64,000 nt of DNA from a virus (IMGVR_UViG_3300044711_000045:5300-69299); one strand, 5' to 3'; shown: positions 25,007 through 35,440, counted from the stretch's first letter. Program-made: numbers and translations. Notes: a model not told the origin generated them from the letters alone.

Positions 25007-25261
25007 TTAATTCACGTTTAGCCTTCTGTCGCGCCATATCACGTCGGACGCGGCGTGGAATAGCTTTACAGTGCTGTCGAGTTCGCGGCGGCTCAACTTC
25101 AACCTTTGCGTCATTGCTTCAAGTCCTGCCTGATACATATTCGTTACGATAGTTTTAGGCGGAACGTCTTCATTGCTCGTTGTCCACGTTTCCCACAACG
25201 GCATCGACACAAACGCTGATTGAAACGCTTCTCGTCGGTGTACTTGTCTGGAATTATTCAT
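25007..25261 (-). CDS. Hypothetical protein
   Basis: GAGG RBS, minus-strand operon. Confidence 0.55.
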   Translation of the reverse strand: MNNSRQVHRREAFQSAFVSMPLWETWTTSNEDVPPKTIVTNMYQAGLEAMTQRLKLSRRELDSTVKLFHAASDVIWRDRRLNVN

Positions 25262-25283
25262 TGTGCCTCTTAGACCTCGCTGG

Positions 25284-25715
25284 TTAAGTTTGTTCGCGTC
25301 TTCGCGCCCATGTCTTACGCCTTGCAGCCTCTACTGCTTCGTGTAAGTCCACCTCAGCCTCAGCATGTAATTTGGACTCGGTTAGATCGTGCCACATTAT
25401 CGCTCGATTAACGATAGCAAAATCCTCATTGTCCATTCCGGGGCTGAAATGCAATCCATCGTCCTCAACGTGAATCGATTGCTTAAACTTCCGCATATGC
25501 AGTTCCAATGCGTTACACGCTTTACGGGCCAACGCGTCAGACTGAAGTTTAATAAGCAGCAACCCATATGGACGCAGCGCAAAGGTGTTTTCGTCTTCGT
25601 CGCCGTCAACTTCCGTTAAGACTCGTGGCATTTTCTTTTTACTCCCCCACCGCCACCATTGCACACCACAGCACGAATCCAATTGCAGATACCAACGCTG
25701 CACCAAGTAGATCAC
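25284..25715 (-). CDS. Hypothetical protein
   Basis: 143 aa in minus operon. Confidence 0.55.
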   Translation of the reverse strand: MIYLVQRWYLQLDSCCGVQWWRWGSKKKMPRVLTEVDGDEDENTFALRPYGLLLIKLQSDALARKACNALELHMRKFKQSIHVEDDGLHFSPGMDNEDFAIVNRAIMWHDLTESKLHAEAEVDLHEAVEAARRKTWARRREQT

Positions 25716-25877
25716 GAAGTATGGAGCGGGTGTGCGGGGTCATTGCGGTCGTCTCCGTTGCAAGAGGCGCTGTAATCGACCTACGCCGTAACCGATAAAC
25801 CAACCACCAACTGCACAGCTGGAATAAATTAACGCTAACTTCATTCCTTCCCCTCCCTAATCGCGGTGCAGATGGAG

Positions 25878-26078
25878 TTAGCGGGAAACAAGACTAATAA
25901 TCAATAGCCCAATTAACAAGCAACTTGTAATTAGCCAACACCAAAACCCGGCATTCTTCTGCCGTTTGTACTGCGCGTTGGACATCAAGAGACGTTCGTT
26001 CTCGTGCAACAACGCAAGAGTTAGCTCTTCACCGTCCAGTCCACATGCGCCCGCTAAATGTTCTTCGGTCACACTCAT
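25878..26078 (-). CDS. Small protein with C-terminal TM
   Basis: GFWCWLITSCLLIGLLIISLV. Confidence 0.5.
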   Translation of the reverse strand: MSVTEEHLAGACGLDGEELTLALLHENERLLMSNAQYKRQKNAGFWCWLITSCLLIGLLIISLVSR

Positions 26079-26486
26079 CCGTGCTACACCTCCGTAGTTC
26101 TCACTTCGCCAATCTCTCCGCTAGTGCAATCGCTAAAACTATCACTGCCGCAGCCAACGCCATCAGTAAGCACCCTGCTACATCTGGATGGTCAGCCATG
26201 AAATACCTCGGTAATTTCTGCGACCGTTCGCATCGCCGCCGCCACGCCTAAGTTGTACGCTTCCGTCCCGCCGCGCTCGTACTCGTAACTCCAGCCGCAC
26301 TCCAGCGATGCACAATAGAATCTCACCGCACTATCGAGTATCTCGACGCGCAAAAAGTAGTTACACGTTGGACATTCGTCGCGCTCGATTGCTTCTTTGA
26401 TGGTAGTGGTGTCCATTATGCAGCCGCCAATCGTTGTAGCGTAGGCGAACATTTACCGCAGCCAACGTTGCCGCAGTTTTGCCGCC

Positions 26487-26816
26487 CTACCAAATCCCTC
26501 TCAACCGTCGCAGAGCCCGCCTCCACCAACTCGCCTTCCCTTTCACATACATCCAGTGAGTAAAGCGAACGGAGGAGGTGAGTTGAAGTGGGGTATATGG
26601 TAAAGGCGTGAGATAGCGGCGCAACTCTCCCACGGCCCATTGTGCGTTCTGATGATTAAACGCATAGCAAACGAAATATCTCGCCGTCTCCTTCGATTGC
26701 CAGTGGTCAATGCCGTCTACTTGTTCATCGGTGGAGAGGTACACTGCATACGACAACGGCCTATGACCACGATGATCGGGGAAGTGTTGTTGTTGAATTG
26801 AAAGGGAGCCGATCAT
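26487..26816 (-). CDS. Hypothetical protein
   Basis: Coupled ORF in minus operon. Confidence 0.45.
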   Translation of the reverse strand: MIGSLSIQQQHFPDHRGHRPLSYAVYLSTDEQVDGIDHWQSKETARYFVCYAFNHQNAQWAVGELRRYLTPLPYTPLQLTSSVRFTHWMYVKGKASWWRRALRRLRGIW

Positions 26817-26992
26817 GCGACTTTCTCTCCTGTCTCAAAGTCGATCAACTCCAACTCTGCGCCGCACGCCTCGCATTGCTTACTACTACATCCGACAATG
26901 TTTCCCGTACAGCAACATTCATCCCACTCGTTTACTTCGCCAACGCAGAGACAGAATGGTTGCGACATGCAGACTCGTTGTGTATCGCTCAT
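26813..26992 (-). CDS. 59-aa Cys-rich protein (not in track)
   Basis: ATGA overlap with the MTase stop. MSDTQRVCMSQPFCLCVGEVNEWDECCCTG...CEACG. Confidence 0.55.
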   Translation of the reverse strand: MSDTQRVCMSQPFCLCVGEVNEWDECCCTGNIVGCSSKQCEACGAELELIDFETGEKVA

Positions 26993-29283
26993 GCAAGTGC
27001 TTCCTTGAACAATGTATCTTGCTCCATTGCGGATTCGGCGTTGCGCAAATTAGCAACAGCCTGTTTCCAGTACGAGAACTTTAATTCATCTCCCTCAAAT
27101 CTGCGCCCCATTGGAATTGCCTTATAACCTTCTGATCCTATGCCCGCGAATGGGGAGTAAACCAGATCGCCGGGATTGGTCCATAGTTGCAATGCTCGTT
27201 CAATAACTTGTAGCTGGAGGGGTGCGATGTGGCGCTCATCGCGTTCTTCTCTAGCCGATTCGCGTTGCAGAGTGTCAGATGGATCAATGTCCATCCAGAC
27301 AGGTGAAGCGTATCGTTGCCAGATGTTGATTGAGTTCCGTGTTTCTGTTGTCGGGACCGGAAACTCTGGGTTCCAATGATTGTCAGTCTCCATTGAAGGA
27401 TCATCGCCAACATAATAATTAAGCGCTCCTGTTACTCGTTCAGGATTGTCACCGGGCTTGCGCATAGTGACAAGATAATCCGGTATGCCCTGCCGACTCA
27501 TGCACGAGTCTTTCACTAACTGCCTATGCAGCAATCCCAGTGCTTTCGTTCGTTGCATAGCCGTGACAGGATTTTTCCAAATACATACCTCACTATGATA
27601 GATAAACCCCGCGTCCTGAAATATGCGAATCAGATCCCCGCGAAAGTCACTGATCCCGATTACTCCGTCACGTTCTTTACTTGTTGGTAAATTCATACAA
27701 TGCACTGACATTAATCGTCCCGGCATGAGAATGCGATACAACTCACTGGTAAGGAATTTGAAGTGTTCGTAAAACTCTGCGTGGGTGCGCACGTTGCCCA
27801 TGTCGCGTCCGCTGGCACTGTACGTATATAAGCTAGCAAAAGGCGGAGAGTAAATAGAAAAATGGACTGAATCATCAGCCATGCTTCTCGCGCCTTCAAC
27901 GCAATCACCCAATCTCACTTTCCATCCCTGCCCACTTTCAACTTTCGTCTGATAGCTATCCGACTGCTTCACGGTTTGATGTAACGCTTCCACGCTGTAC
28001 ACACTCATATGTTTAACCATTTCCTTTGCCATTCGTGCGGCGTCAGCTTCTTTCCGTTCTATATTCCTCACGACTGCGCCTTCCGCTTCACTGCTGAATA
28101 CATGACAGTTGACGGGCTTGGTTTGACCAAATCGCCAACACCTGCGAATGGCCTGATACCATTGCTCCCACGAGTCGCTTAGACCTACGAACCCGACATT
28201 TGCACAATGCTGGTAGTTCATGCCCCACCCGCAGATCGACGGCTTACTAACGAGAACACGAAACCTTCCCTCACTGAATCCAAGCATCCGATCTTCTTTA
28301 TCAGTATCCTTATCGCGTCCGGCAACTTGTACCGCGTCAGGGATCAGCTTGGTTAATTGATCTCCCTCATCGTTGAGATCGCACCAGATCAACCACGGCT
28401 CCGTTGACTCATTCACTAATGCCGCGCACATTTCAACGCGTTCATTCAAACTATTACGTCTGGCCTGCCGTCGTTCCATAAGAGATTGGGCCTCAGTTGC
28501 GAATAGGAATCCGTCAAGGTGCCGTGTGTTCTTAACGACGTGGTGATGGTAATTGAGAGGCGGTAGTACGAATCCATCGTTGTCGTAGCCAAGGTCTGAG
28601 GGTTGCCGTAGCATCACCGCCCAAGCGCAAACCCATTTCCAGTATTCTTCTTCAGCATGGCCCTTCAATCTCCACTTGGAAGTCTCACCGCCATCGTGGA
28701 CGAAGAACGTAGATAGCATTTCCGTCCTTGTCAGTACCCCTAGAAACTCACTATGGTTTCCGAGTTCCATATGATCGTTCGGGGCTGGAGTCGCAGTACA
28801 CGCTAACCTCATAGGTGTATTGCCAAACGCTTCGATTAATTGATTGCGTGTTGTGCCTGTGAATGATTTGAGGATTGAGCTTTCATCGAGTACTACGCCG
28901 CCAAACGCAGACGGATCGAAGTGGTGCAACTTCTCATAATTTGTAATGTAAATCCCCGGCCTAACTACGTCCGATTGTTCAACGGCAACGTGTGCCTCAA
29001 TTCCAAACTTCTGCCCCTCTCTTACTGTTTGTTTTGACACCGCAAGCGGGGCGAGAATCAACACCGGCTTGTTCACGCGCCTCACGACCTGCTCAGACCA
29101 GTCCAATTGTTGTAAAGTTTTCCCGGTGCCACAATCTTCAAATAGGGCTGCTTTTCCGCGCTCCAGCGCCCATCGCGTAATGTCCGCTTGAAATGGAAAT
29201 AGTGCGGGGTTGAGAGCGTCAGGCGTAAACCCACTCGCTGTAATCTCAATTCGCTTACTGGCTAGGAAGTCGTTGTAATCCAT
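26989..29283 (-). CDS. SNF2-like helicase fused to amino-DNA methyltransferase (N4C/N6A, beta class)
   Basis: DCGTGKT, VLDESSIL, TATPAPND, QAIRRCWRFGQ helicase motifs, then SPPF (motif IV) and SPFAGIGS (motif I). Start ATG 29283 coupled to the clamp stop. Confidence 0.9.
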   Translation of the reverse strand: MDYNDFLASKRIEITASGFTPDALNPALFPFQADITRWALERGKAALFEDCGTGKTLQQLDWSEQVVRRVNKPVLILAPLAVSKQTVREGQKFGIEAHVAVEQSDVVRPGIYITNYEKLHHFDPSAFGGVVLDESSILKSFTGTTRNQLIEAFGNTPMRLACTATPAPNDHMELGNHSEFLGVLTRTEMLSTFFVHDGGETSKWRLKGHAEEEYWKWVCAWAVMLRQPSDLGYDNDGFVLPPLNYHHHVVKNTRHLDGFLFATEAQSLMERRQARRNSLNERVEMCAALVNESTEPWLIWCDLNDEGDQLTKLIPDAVQVAGRDKDTDKEDRMLGFSEGRFRVLVSKPSICGWGMNYQHCANVGFVGLSDSWEQWYQAIRRCWRFGQTKPVNCHVFSSEAEGAVVRNIERKEADAARMAKEMVKHMSVYSVEALHQTVKQSDSYQTKVESGQGWKVRLGDCVEGARSMADDSVHFSIYSPPFASLYTYSASGRDMGNVRTHAEFYEHFKFLTSELYRILMPGRLMSVHCMNLPTSKERDGVIGISDFRGDLIRIFQDAGFIYHSEVCIWKNPVTAMQRTKALGLLHRQLVKDSCMSRQGIPDYLVTMRKPGDNPERVTGALNYYVGDDPSMETDNHWNPEFPVPTTETRNSINIWQRYASPVWMDIDPSDTLQRESAREERDERHIAPLQLQVIERALQLWTNPGDLVYSPFAGIGSEGYKAIPMGRRFEGDELKFSYWKQAVANLRNAESAMEQDTLFKEALA

Positions 29284-30389
29284 TAAAGCCTCATGCTCGC
29301 AATCACGCACTTAAAGTTAGATTCATTCTCACTAAACAGCGGCCATGAGTTACTGTCACCTAGTTCGCACGTGACATTTTCGCCCGCGTGAGTTAAGTAA
29401 CTATTCAGGTAATCAGGATTGATGCCTATCTCGATGTTGTTACCGTTGAGATTACTGGTAATGGTTATTGGCTCCGACGCCTCACCTTTTTGGGTAGCAG
29501 TTTCGATGATTAATGAATCTGATGAGAACGTGAATTTCATCCCACTGTTAGCGCGTTCGTCTCTGGTCACGGCAGCGCGTTTCAGCGCGGAAGTAAACGC
29601 CTTGCTGTTAAATTCCACTTGATGCGAGTGCTTAGGAATAATCATGCGCCAGTTGGGTAAACTACCCTCTATCAAGTGACAGACTACCTTACGCGGACCA
29701 CGTTGAAAGCCAATGAGCGTGGAGCCAACTTCGATAGTAACTGACCCATCTTCCATGCCTAGTAGCGGTTTTAATCCGACAGCGGATGCTAAGATTGAGA
29801 AGGTTGGTGCAGTTCCTTTAATTGTCTCGTAACCCAGTCGATGCGAGTCGGACGCCGCTAATGTTAACCCATCCTCACCGCCTTCAAACTGCACACCGTA
29901 TTGCCATGCGGGACAGTTATCTTCAGATGATGCACATGGGATAATGCGAGTGAGCGCGGCAATGAGGCCATCGCTTACAGTGAACGTTTGCGGGTGACTA
30001 ACCACATCAAGCTTCGGATACTCCTCCACTTCCCAAAACGGTAACTTATGCTTCGACTTCCCACCTTGTACGAGGATGCGGCCTGCGCCCTTGCCGTCGC
30101 GGTCAATAGTGAATGAGACATCTTCACACTCAAACAACGATACAAGACGATGCAGCTCTCGTAACGGTAGACAGAATGCATCATGCTCAACGGTTAGTGC
30201 CGCTGGCAACTCCACTTCACTGATCATGGTAATATCCAACGATGACGCAGTGAGAGTTAATCGCTCGTCCCAACCCATCATGACGGATTCGAGTACGGGG
30301 ATCGTGGACTTCTTTGCGAGGACAGTAACTAACAGCGCCAACTCTTCCCGCAAAACTTTTCGGTTAATTGAGAAAGTGGTGGTGGTCAT
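29283..30389 (-). CDS. dnaN: DNA polymerase III beta sliding clamp
   Basis: KSTIPVLE, LTASSLDITM, LAASDSHRLG, LIEGSLPNWRMIIP, IGINPDYL, VIASMRL. Confidence 0.9.
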   Translation of the reverse strand: MTTTTFSINRKVLREELALLVTVLAKKSTIPVLESVMMGWDERLTLTASSLDITMISEVELPAALTVEHDAFCLPLRELHRLVSLFECEDVSFTIDRDGKGAGRILVQGGKSKHKLPFWEVEEYPKLDVVSHPQTFTVSDGLIAALTRIIPCASSEDNCPAWQYGVQFEGGEDGLTLAASDSHRLGYETIKGTAPTFSILASAVGLKPLLGMEDGSVTIEVGSTLIGFQRGPRKVVCHLIEGSLPNWRMIIPKHSHQVEFNSKAFTSALKRAAVTRDERANSGMKFTFSSDSLIIETATQKGEASEPITITSNLNGNNIEIGINPDYLNSYLTHAGENVTCELGDSNSWPLFSENESNFKCVIASMRL

Positions 30390-30567
30390 TGCGCGACCTC
30401 GTAGTATGCCTTTGCCGCTTTCCATCCCGCTTCGTAGTCCTTACACAATCCGTGCGGGTGCGTCTCGTGGAACATAAACTCCGCTTGTGCGCGCAAGTCG
30501 CGCTCAGCATCAGTCTCGCTCACCGTCTCCGGTGCTTTGATTGCTATTTCAACTTTGGCTTCCATTC

Positions 30568-30813
30568 CTACTCTCCCCTTCCTTTACAATACCTATCAAT
30601 AGCGCGGTGTAAGTCGATCTTATTATTGACATGATCGTTCCCGTGCCACTTCTCAGCAGCAACGACCACGGGCACCATGCGTTCCACGGCTTCAATAAGC
30701 ACGCTTAACCATGGACCGTCGAAGTTCCACGCTTGAGTAACGTCGTGTTGCCACTCTTTTGCGTCTTGTAATGCTTGTTCAATTGTCAGTTTCGTAGTCT
30801 TCGTCTCGCTCAT
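30568..30813 (-). CDS. Hypothetical protein
   Basis: Coupled ORF (MSETKTTKL...). Confidence 0.5.
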   Translation of the reverse strand: MSETKTTKLTIEQALQDAKEWQHDVTQAWNFDGPWLSVLIEAVERMVPVVVAAEKWHGNDHVNNKIDLHRAIDRYCKGRGE

Positions 30814-31046
30814 TCTGTAACCTCTCGCAACGGACATCTCTCTGGTGGTTCATGATCCTGCTCTACCCGACGATAACGCCAATGGTAGCGATCCACGTCA
30901 CCCTGATTTGTGAAACTTTCAATAGAATGCCTATGTCCACAAGTCGCCTTGGGACCACCCGGCGTAAACGCTCCTGAGTGACAAACAAACGGACACTCGC
31001 CGCAAGTATTGATGGTTAAAGTTACCGACCTACCCATTACGCGCAC
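30810..31046 (-). CDS. Cys-rich small protein
   Basis: CGECPFVCH...CGH...CPL. Confidence 0.55.
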   Translation of the reverse strand: MRVMGRSVTLTINTCGECPFVCHSGAFTPGGPKATCGHRHSIESFTNQGDVDRYHWRYRRVEQDHEPPERCPLREVTE

Positions 31047-31414
31047 CCGTCGATTAGTTGCTGGATGCGGGCGGCGGCTTGCTTGGGCGTGTGAATATCC
31101 ATGTCATAAAACAGAGTAGATTCACGCAGAGTTAGCCCTACCTCTTGTCGCGCCGCCTGCAAAGGGTTACTCACCTTGCGTCCGGTAGGAGACAGAAAAT
31201 CAACACCAAGCACGGAGTCGAGATAGCGATTTCTCTTTCCCGTACGAGGTCGTGTCTTATAGCCGCAGAGGTCGAGAATGTGTCCACCAATGCACATCTG
31301 ACTGCCGCAGTCTGTTTCAACTGCGATTACAGCCATGTTGAAATGTTTCGGATGCCGCATTCTCAAAAATCTCATTCGCAACCGTTTCAGTAGTTCAACA
31401 TTCTTCTTTGCCAT
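31037..31414 (-). CDS. Hypothetical phage protein
   Basis: AAGG RBS. HFNM...CGSQMCIGGH. Confidence 0.65.
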   Translation of the reverse strand: MAKKNVELLKRLRMRFLRMRHPKHFNMAVIAVETDCGSQMCIGGHILDLCGYKTRPRTGKRNRYLDSVLGVDFLSPTGRKVSNPLQAARQEVGLTLRESTLFYDMDIHTPKQAAARIQQLIDGCA

Positions 31415-31463
31415 TGTTACCTTCCTTCCTCACTCGATTACAGCGTTGGCACTGGCGTCTTCG

Positions 31464-31868
31464 TTACCAATCTCCTCCCGCTCCACCCCCTCCAAAATCT
31501 CCGCCACCGCTTGAGTCGCCCACACTTGAACCGCTGTCACTTGAATACGAATCTGACGACGGCGATGAGTAGTCACTAGCGGAGCTAATGATTGAGTCTG
31601 CGATGAAGAAATCAGTTAGCGATGAGTCTGATAGCGTATTAGGTTGCTGTACAAGCTCATGAGTTCTCGACGTGTAAGTTTGCGGCACGTACGTTGACGC
31701 AGCGCGTTTCTCGTAAGGCTGAGACGGCATGTATTGTGGACGATAACGCCGTGGCGATATAAGGTTGTCACTTAACCGAGTCGTCCGCTTTGGCTTTCGT
31801 AGAATCAATGCCAATAGCCCTACCGAACCGATAATCACAATCGCGCCAACAATCAATAACGTAATCAT
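31464..31868 (-). CDS. Membrane protein with Ser/Gly-rich tail
   Basis: N-terminal TM, C-terminus SSGGGDFGGGGAGGDW. Confidence 0.7.
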   Translation of the reverse strand: MITLLIVGAIVIIGSVGLLALILRKPKRTTRLSDNLISPRRYRPQYMPSQPYEKRAASTYVPQTYTSRTHELVQQPNTLSDSSLTDFFIADSIISSASDYSSPSSDSYSSDSGSSVGDSSGGGDFGGGGAGGDW

Positions 31869-31940
31869 TTTAATCTCCTTTTAGTCGTCATCACCCTCAC
31901 CCACCCCTTCGCTTCCGGCGCAGTGGTAGCGCCTCACTCA

Positions 31941-32444
31941 CTACTCGCTCACAATCTCTCTCAACCTCACCTCAACGCGCTCGTTCACATCGTCAACACT
32001 TGACCAACTCCCACTCTTAACTCGTGAGTCGTCAAACCCGCACTTCTCCGCAATCAAATCCAGTATCACCTTGACGCAATTGTGCGTGTCTAACCGCCGC
32101 AACTTCCCGTTCTTGCAGTGTTGGCGGTAGTGGAAGGTTAGATCCACGTTGAGCAGCGAATCCGTAGTCAGCCGTAGACGTGGAATAGAAGGTTTCGATT
32201 GACTGCGCCATAGTCTCACTTCCGGCTTCAATTCTACCTTGCGTTGACTCCAGATCACCTGATGAAGCGAATTCACGCTAGGGGGTAGGTCGGGAATGAT
32301 GAAGGTGTAGACTCCTTGCTCGTCATTGCTGTCACCCTCACCCACACTGCCACCATTCCCGTACCCACCCGCCATCACGTGCCCCCTTAACTTGCAGCGC
32401 GGAAATTCGCCACGATATTGGAGTAGTCCCCTGTCCCAACCCAT
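31941..32444 (-). CDS. RusA-like Holliday junction resolvase
   Basis: LPPSVNSL...RLDTHNCVKVILDLI...GFDDSRV. True start probably internal. Confidence 0.75.
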   Translation of the reverse strand: MGWDRGLLQYRGEFPRCKLRGHVMAGGYGNGGSVGEGDSNDEQGVYTFIIPDLPPSVNSLHQVIWSQRKVELKPEVRLWRSQSKPSIPRLRLTTDSLLNVDLTFHYRQHCKNGKLRRLDTHNCVKVILDLIAEKCGFDDSRVKSGSWSSVDDVNERVEVRLREIVSE

Positions 32445-32962
32445 TTACCGCCCGGTTCCGCTGGCGGCGTTTGGATTTCCTTGCGCTGAATGTCCGCGAC
32501 GACCTCCTGATTCAACAATCCTTCAAGAAACTCATCGTTGATCCTTGGCGGCGCAGCAGGATCAAACCCCATCGCTTTCAAAAACATCTTCGTTTGAAAT
32601 CGCGCCTTCGTTTTGTAGTGGTCAGTGTTGAGGTCGGGGTAGTCGGTTGTGTTCGCCACAAGCAGCAAGTCTTGAAAGAAGTGCTTGTTGGCGTACTTGC
32701 CCTCACCGTCAACCCCAAGTGGACCAACCACCAGATCCAACGCGAGAAACTTCTTCCGCCACGCAACCTCACCCTGCTTCACGTAGTCGCGCACTGACGC
32801 CTTGCGAATCTCGAAGCGAACCTTACTCGCCTTCTCAATGACATCATTCCCCTCTTGGTCTGAGAGATCTCCAATATCCACGGGATCGGTAATATCGAAT
32901 CCCTCATCCCCATCCGTCTCACCGTAATCAATTGCTGATGCTGATGCTGATGCTTCTGACAT
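32387..32962 (-). CDS. Putative ssDNA-binding protein (DUF669-like)
   Basis: Acidic N-terminus, OB-like pattern, adjacent to AAA_24 and nuclease genes. Confidence 0.6.
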   Translation of the reverse strand: MSEASASASAIDYGETDGDEGFDITDPVDIGDLSDQEGNDVIEKASKVRFEIRKASVRDYVKQGEVAWRKKFLALDLVVGPLGVDGEGKYANKHFFQDLLLVANTTDYPDLNTDHYKTKARFQTKMFLKAMGFDPAAPPRINDEFLEGLLNQEVVADIQRKEIQTPPAEPGGKWVGTGDYSNIVANFRAAS

Positions 32963-32999
32963 TTGTTTTTAGTCTCCTTGTTTAGTCTTGTGTTGCTGG

Positions 33000-33938
33000 T
33001 TAATTGACTTTAGCCGCCGTTGTAGGCGTGGCCGTGGGAGGTGGAGCAATTGCAGGCTTAGCTGTTGTCGCTGTCGCCGCAGTCGCACTACCCTTCACTC
33101 GTAGTGAATTCATAATAGCTTCATAGAGAGATTTATCGGTTAAGTCCAATCGCGCCGGGAGGCCGAAGCGGTTCTTAGCGTTCACGATTGTTCCCAATCC
33201 CGGCGCAAGTCCGCAGATCGCTTCATAGACAACCTTCCCTTCCTTAATTCTTCTATCAAGGTAGATTGACGCACCAAACAGCCCTTCTGCCCGTGCGCGA
33301 AAACCACCCTCAATCAATGGCGCAATGTCGGAGTTTAACGCCACCTTCTTAGCGCGGTTCTTTATCTTGTCCGACCCTTGCACCGTCTCCTCACTCTCGC
33401 GTTTCAAGTGGAAGGTGCAGATTACGTTTAGCCCGTTGCGCGTTGCCATTGTGAGTAGGTCGGAAGCGAAGAAGCGTTGCAGATATAGACCAAGATTCCT
33501 ATACATTGCCTGTGAATTTTTTTCCCCCGACTTCTCGCTGCGCACTTCTTCAAACTCACAGATTGCTTGCCACTTCATGTCTACGAAATAGTTAGCGCCG
33601 TCCATAACAAGCGTGTCGATTTCGCCTTTCGCCGCTAGTTCCCTACAGTGAGCGAGACAGCCATAGACGGAATCGCGCTCATCGCTCCTTGCTGTTTCTC
33701 GAAACAGTTTCTTTAATTCCACTTCACTCTCGTTGTGCAGTTCCTCAAACCAGACAAGATTATCGAGAAACTTTTTATTCGTGGGTTGTCGCAGTGTTTC
33801 TAATCCCGCCGGGTCGCAGGAGATCGTATAGCAACGCGGGAACGAATGCGCTTGCAGGGTCTTACCGCCTCCAAAGTAGGAGTTAATCATCGCGGTAATC
33901 GTAGGTTTGCGGTTAAGGAAGTCGGACGGAGATGGCAT
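33000..33938 (-). CDS. AAA_24-type P-loop ATPase (recombination module)
   Basis: SYFGGGKT Walker A, TLVMDG Walker B, AKNRFGLP. Confidence 0.75.
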   Translation of the reverse strand: MPSPSDFLNRKPTITAMINSYFGGGKTLQAHSFPRCYTISCDPAGLETLRQPTNKKFLDNLVWFEELHNESEVELKKLFRETARSDERDSVYGCLAHCRELAAKGEIDTLVMDGANYFVDMKWQAICEFEEVRSEKSGEKNSQAMYRNLGLYLQRFFASDLLTMATRNGLNVICTFHLKRESEETVQGSDKIKNRAKKVALNSDIAPLIEGGFRARAEGLFGASIYLDRRIKEGKVVYEAICGLAPGLGTIVNAKNRFGLPARLDLTDKSLYEAIMNSLRVKGSATAATATTAKPAIAPPPTATPTTAAKVN

Positions 33939-34123
33939 AGAATTCGTTTACCTTTCTTGTGCTTGTATCCACGGCATATGAGCCATTGGAGAAGGTTTGT
34001 GGTTGTAGTTTTCAGTTAAGCAGAGACGCAACTTTGCACGATATTTAAACACGCCCATGCGGGTCGTAAGTTAAGACACGTCTAAGGTGCCTCATTGCGT
34101 CTCCTTCCCCTTGCAAGGGATTT

Positions 34124-34336
34124 CTAGTTCGATTTGCTTCCGTTGGCAGAAGCCGATTCCTGCAATTCCAAATACGTACCCCACGGCACAAGGACGGCGA
34201 GAGGCTCACTATCGCTATCCTGAATCACCACGGGTGAGCCTAGCGCGGCTTCAAGGTCAGGTAGTAGCAGTTTCTTTAACGCCGCCACGCTGCGATAGCG
34301 TACGTTGGGATTTATTGTGGGAATAGTGCTGGACAT
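34124..34336 (-). CDS. Phd/YefM-like antitoxin-fold protein
   Basis: PVVIQDSDSEPLAVLVPWGTYLELQE matches the Phd PVxIT...AVLxxxxxY pattern. Confidence 0.55.
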   Translation of the reverse strand: MSSTIPTINPNVRYRSVAALKKLLLPDLEAALGSPVVIQDSDSEPLAVLVPWGTYLELQESASANGSKSN

Positions 34337-34482
34337 CAGTTCTCCTTATCTTCAATCGTAAACAGTTTCTGGGATGAACACTCAGGACACTGCTCAACAT
34401 ACGCCGTGGCGAAATCAAGTCCTACCGCAACCGCCTCATCGTCATTGAACGTTAACGCGCAATTGCTACAGTAGATCATCAC

Positions 34483-35430
34483 TCACACCTCCACGGTAAT
34501 GTTGAATTCGCTCTCGTTCTCACTCGGCACTTGAGCCGCACACTCGCCTTCATGATCAAGGTCTAAAGCGCATCTTCCGCCCGCACTCTCACCCTCAATC
34601 CGCCTCTCACAGACTTGGCGAAATTGCAGTTCAATGAGGTCGCGGTCATTCTCCCAAGTCCATCCCGGCGCACAGAGTGACTTGTAACTACAGAACCTAC
34701 ACGCGCCTGTATTCGTGGGATAGAAACCGCTCTCTCGCGTGCGCTCCAGTGACTCCACCCATGCTGCTCGACTTGCACGCTCAAACTCCAATTGACTCTC
34801 ATTGCGATTGAACACCTGCCGCTCAAACGCATTCCAGAATCCAGCGGGGCCGTCCTTACTTGCGCGTTGGCGGTAGCGGAAGGAAATCGCGTTAACAATG
34901 AAGCCTTCAATCTCACCGTACTTACTTTGACCGTAATCAATGTAGTAGGTGAGTTGGCTGTTCGGTTGAAATTGATTCCAGTAGTTGTAGTTGAGATAAC
35001 TACCCGTGGTCTTGTGGTCCACTAAGTATCGCCCACCATGCTCCAGATTCTCGATAATCAAGTCCGGCTTCAGGTTGTACCCTTCATCTTCACTGTAGGT
35101 TTCAATCTCAACCACGCCCCACTTGCGATCTTCCTCACCCCAACGTGCGGCATAGTCCTTTAGTGTAACGAGCGCATTCGGCAACGTCTTAGCGAAGTCG
35201 CTCACGTCCAATTGGCGCGGATACCCTGCTCTCACCGCGTCCATTGCCGCGCTCATGCCATTACCACGATACAGTTGTTCCAATCCCGCGTGAAAGGCTG
35301 CGCCAAACCGCAAATGATGGTCGCCACTTTCATCCTCAATGGAGCGCAAGTGGAGATCGTATTGAAACCTCCACTGCATAGGACACATCTTAAAGCTAGC
35401 AAGTTCGCTATTGGAGTAGGTCTTCGTCAT
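34483..35430 (-). CDS. PD-(D/E)XK exonuclease, Cas4/RecB-like with Fe-S cysteines
   Basis: YSNSEL..FKMCP, KPDLII...LVDHKT, QLTYY, ACRFCSYKSLC. Confidence 0.85.
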   Translation of the reverse strand: MTKTYSNSELASFKMCPMQWRFQYDLHLRSIEDESGDHHLRFGAAFHAGLEQLYRGNGMSAAMDAVRAGYPRQLDVSDFAKTLPNALVTLKDYAARWGEEDRKWGVVEIETYSEDEGYNLKPDLIIENLEHGGRYLVDHKTTGSYLNYNYWNQFQPNSQLTYYIDYGQSKYGEIEGFIVNAISFRYRQRASKDGPAGFWNAFERQVFNRNESQLEFERASRAAWVESLERTRESGFYPTNTGACRFCSYKSLCAPGWTWENDRDLIELQFRQVCERRIEGESAGGRCALDLDHEGECAAQVPSENESEFNITVEV

Positions 35431-35440
35431 TGCGAGGGAC

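Noticed and set aside
25049-25062. GCGGCGTGGAA as a third tRNA-like copy
   Set aside because: No GGACACGC partner or T-arm follows, and it lies antisense within a coding ORF.
34483-35430. Cas4-like nuclease as sign of a CRISPR system
   Set aside because: No repeat-spacer array or other cas genes. Its context (AAA_24, SSB, RusA) is a standard phage recombination module.
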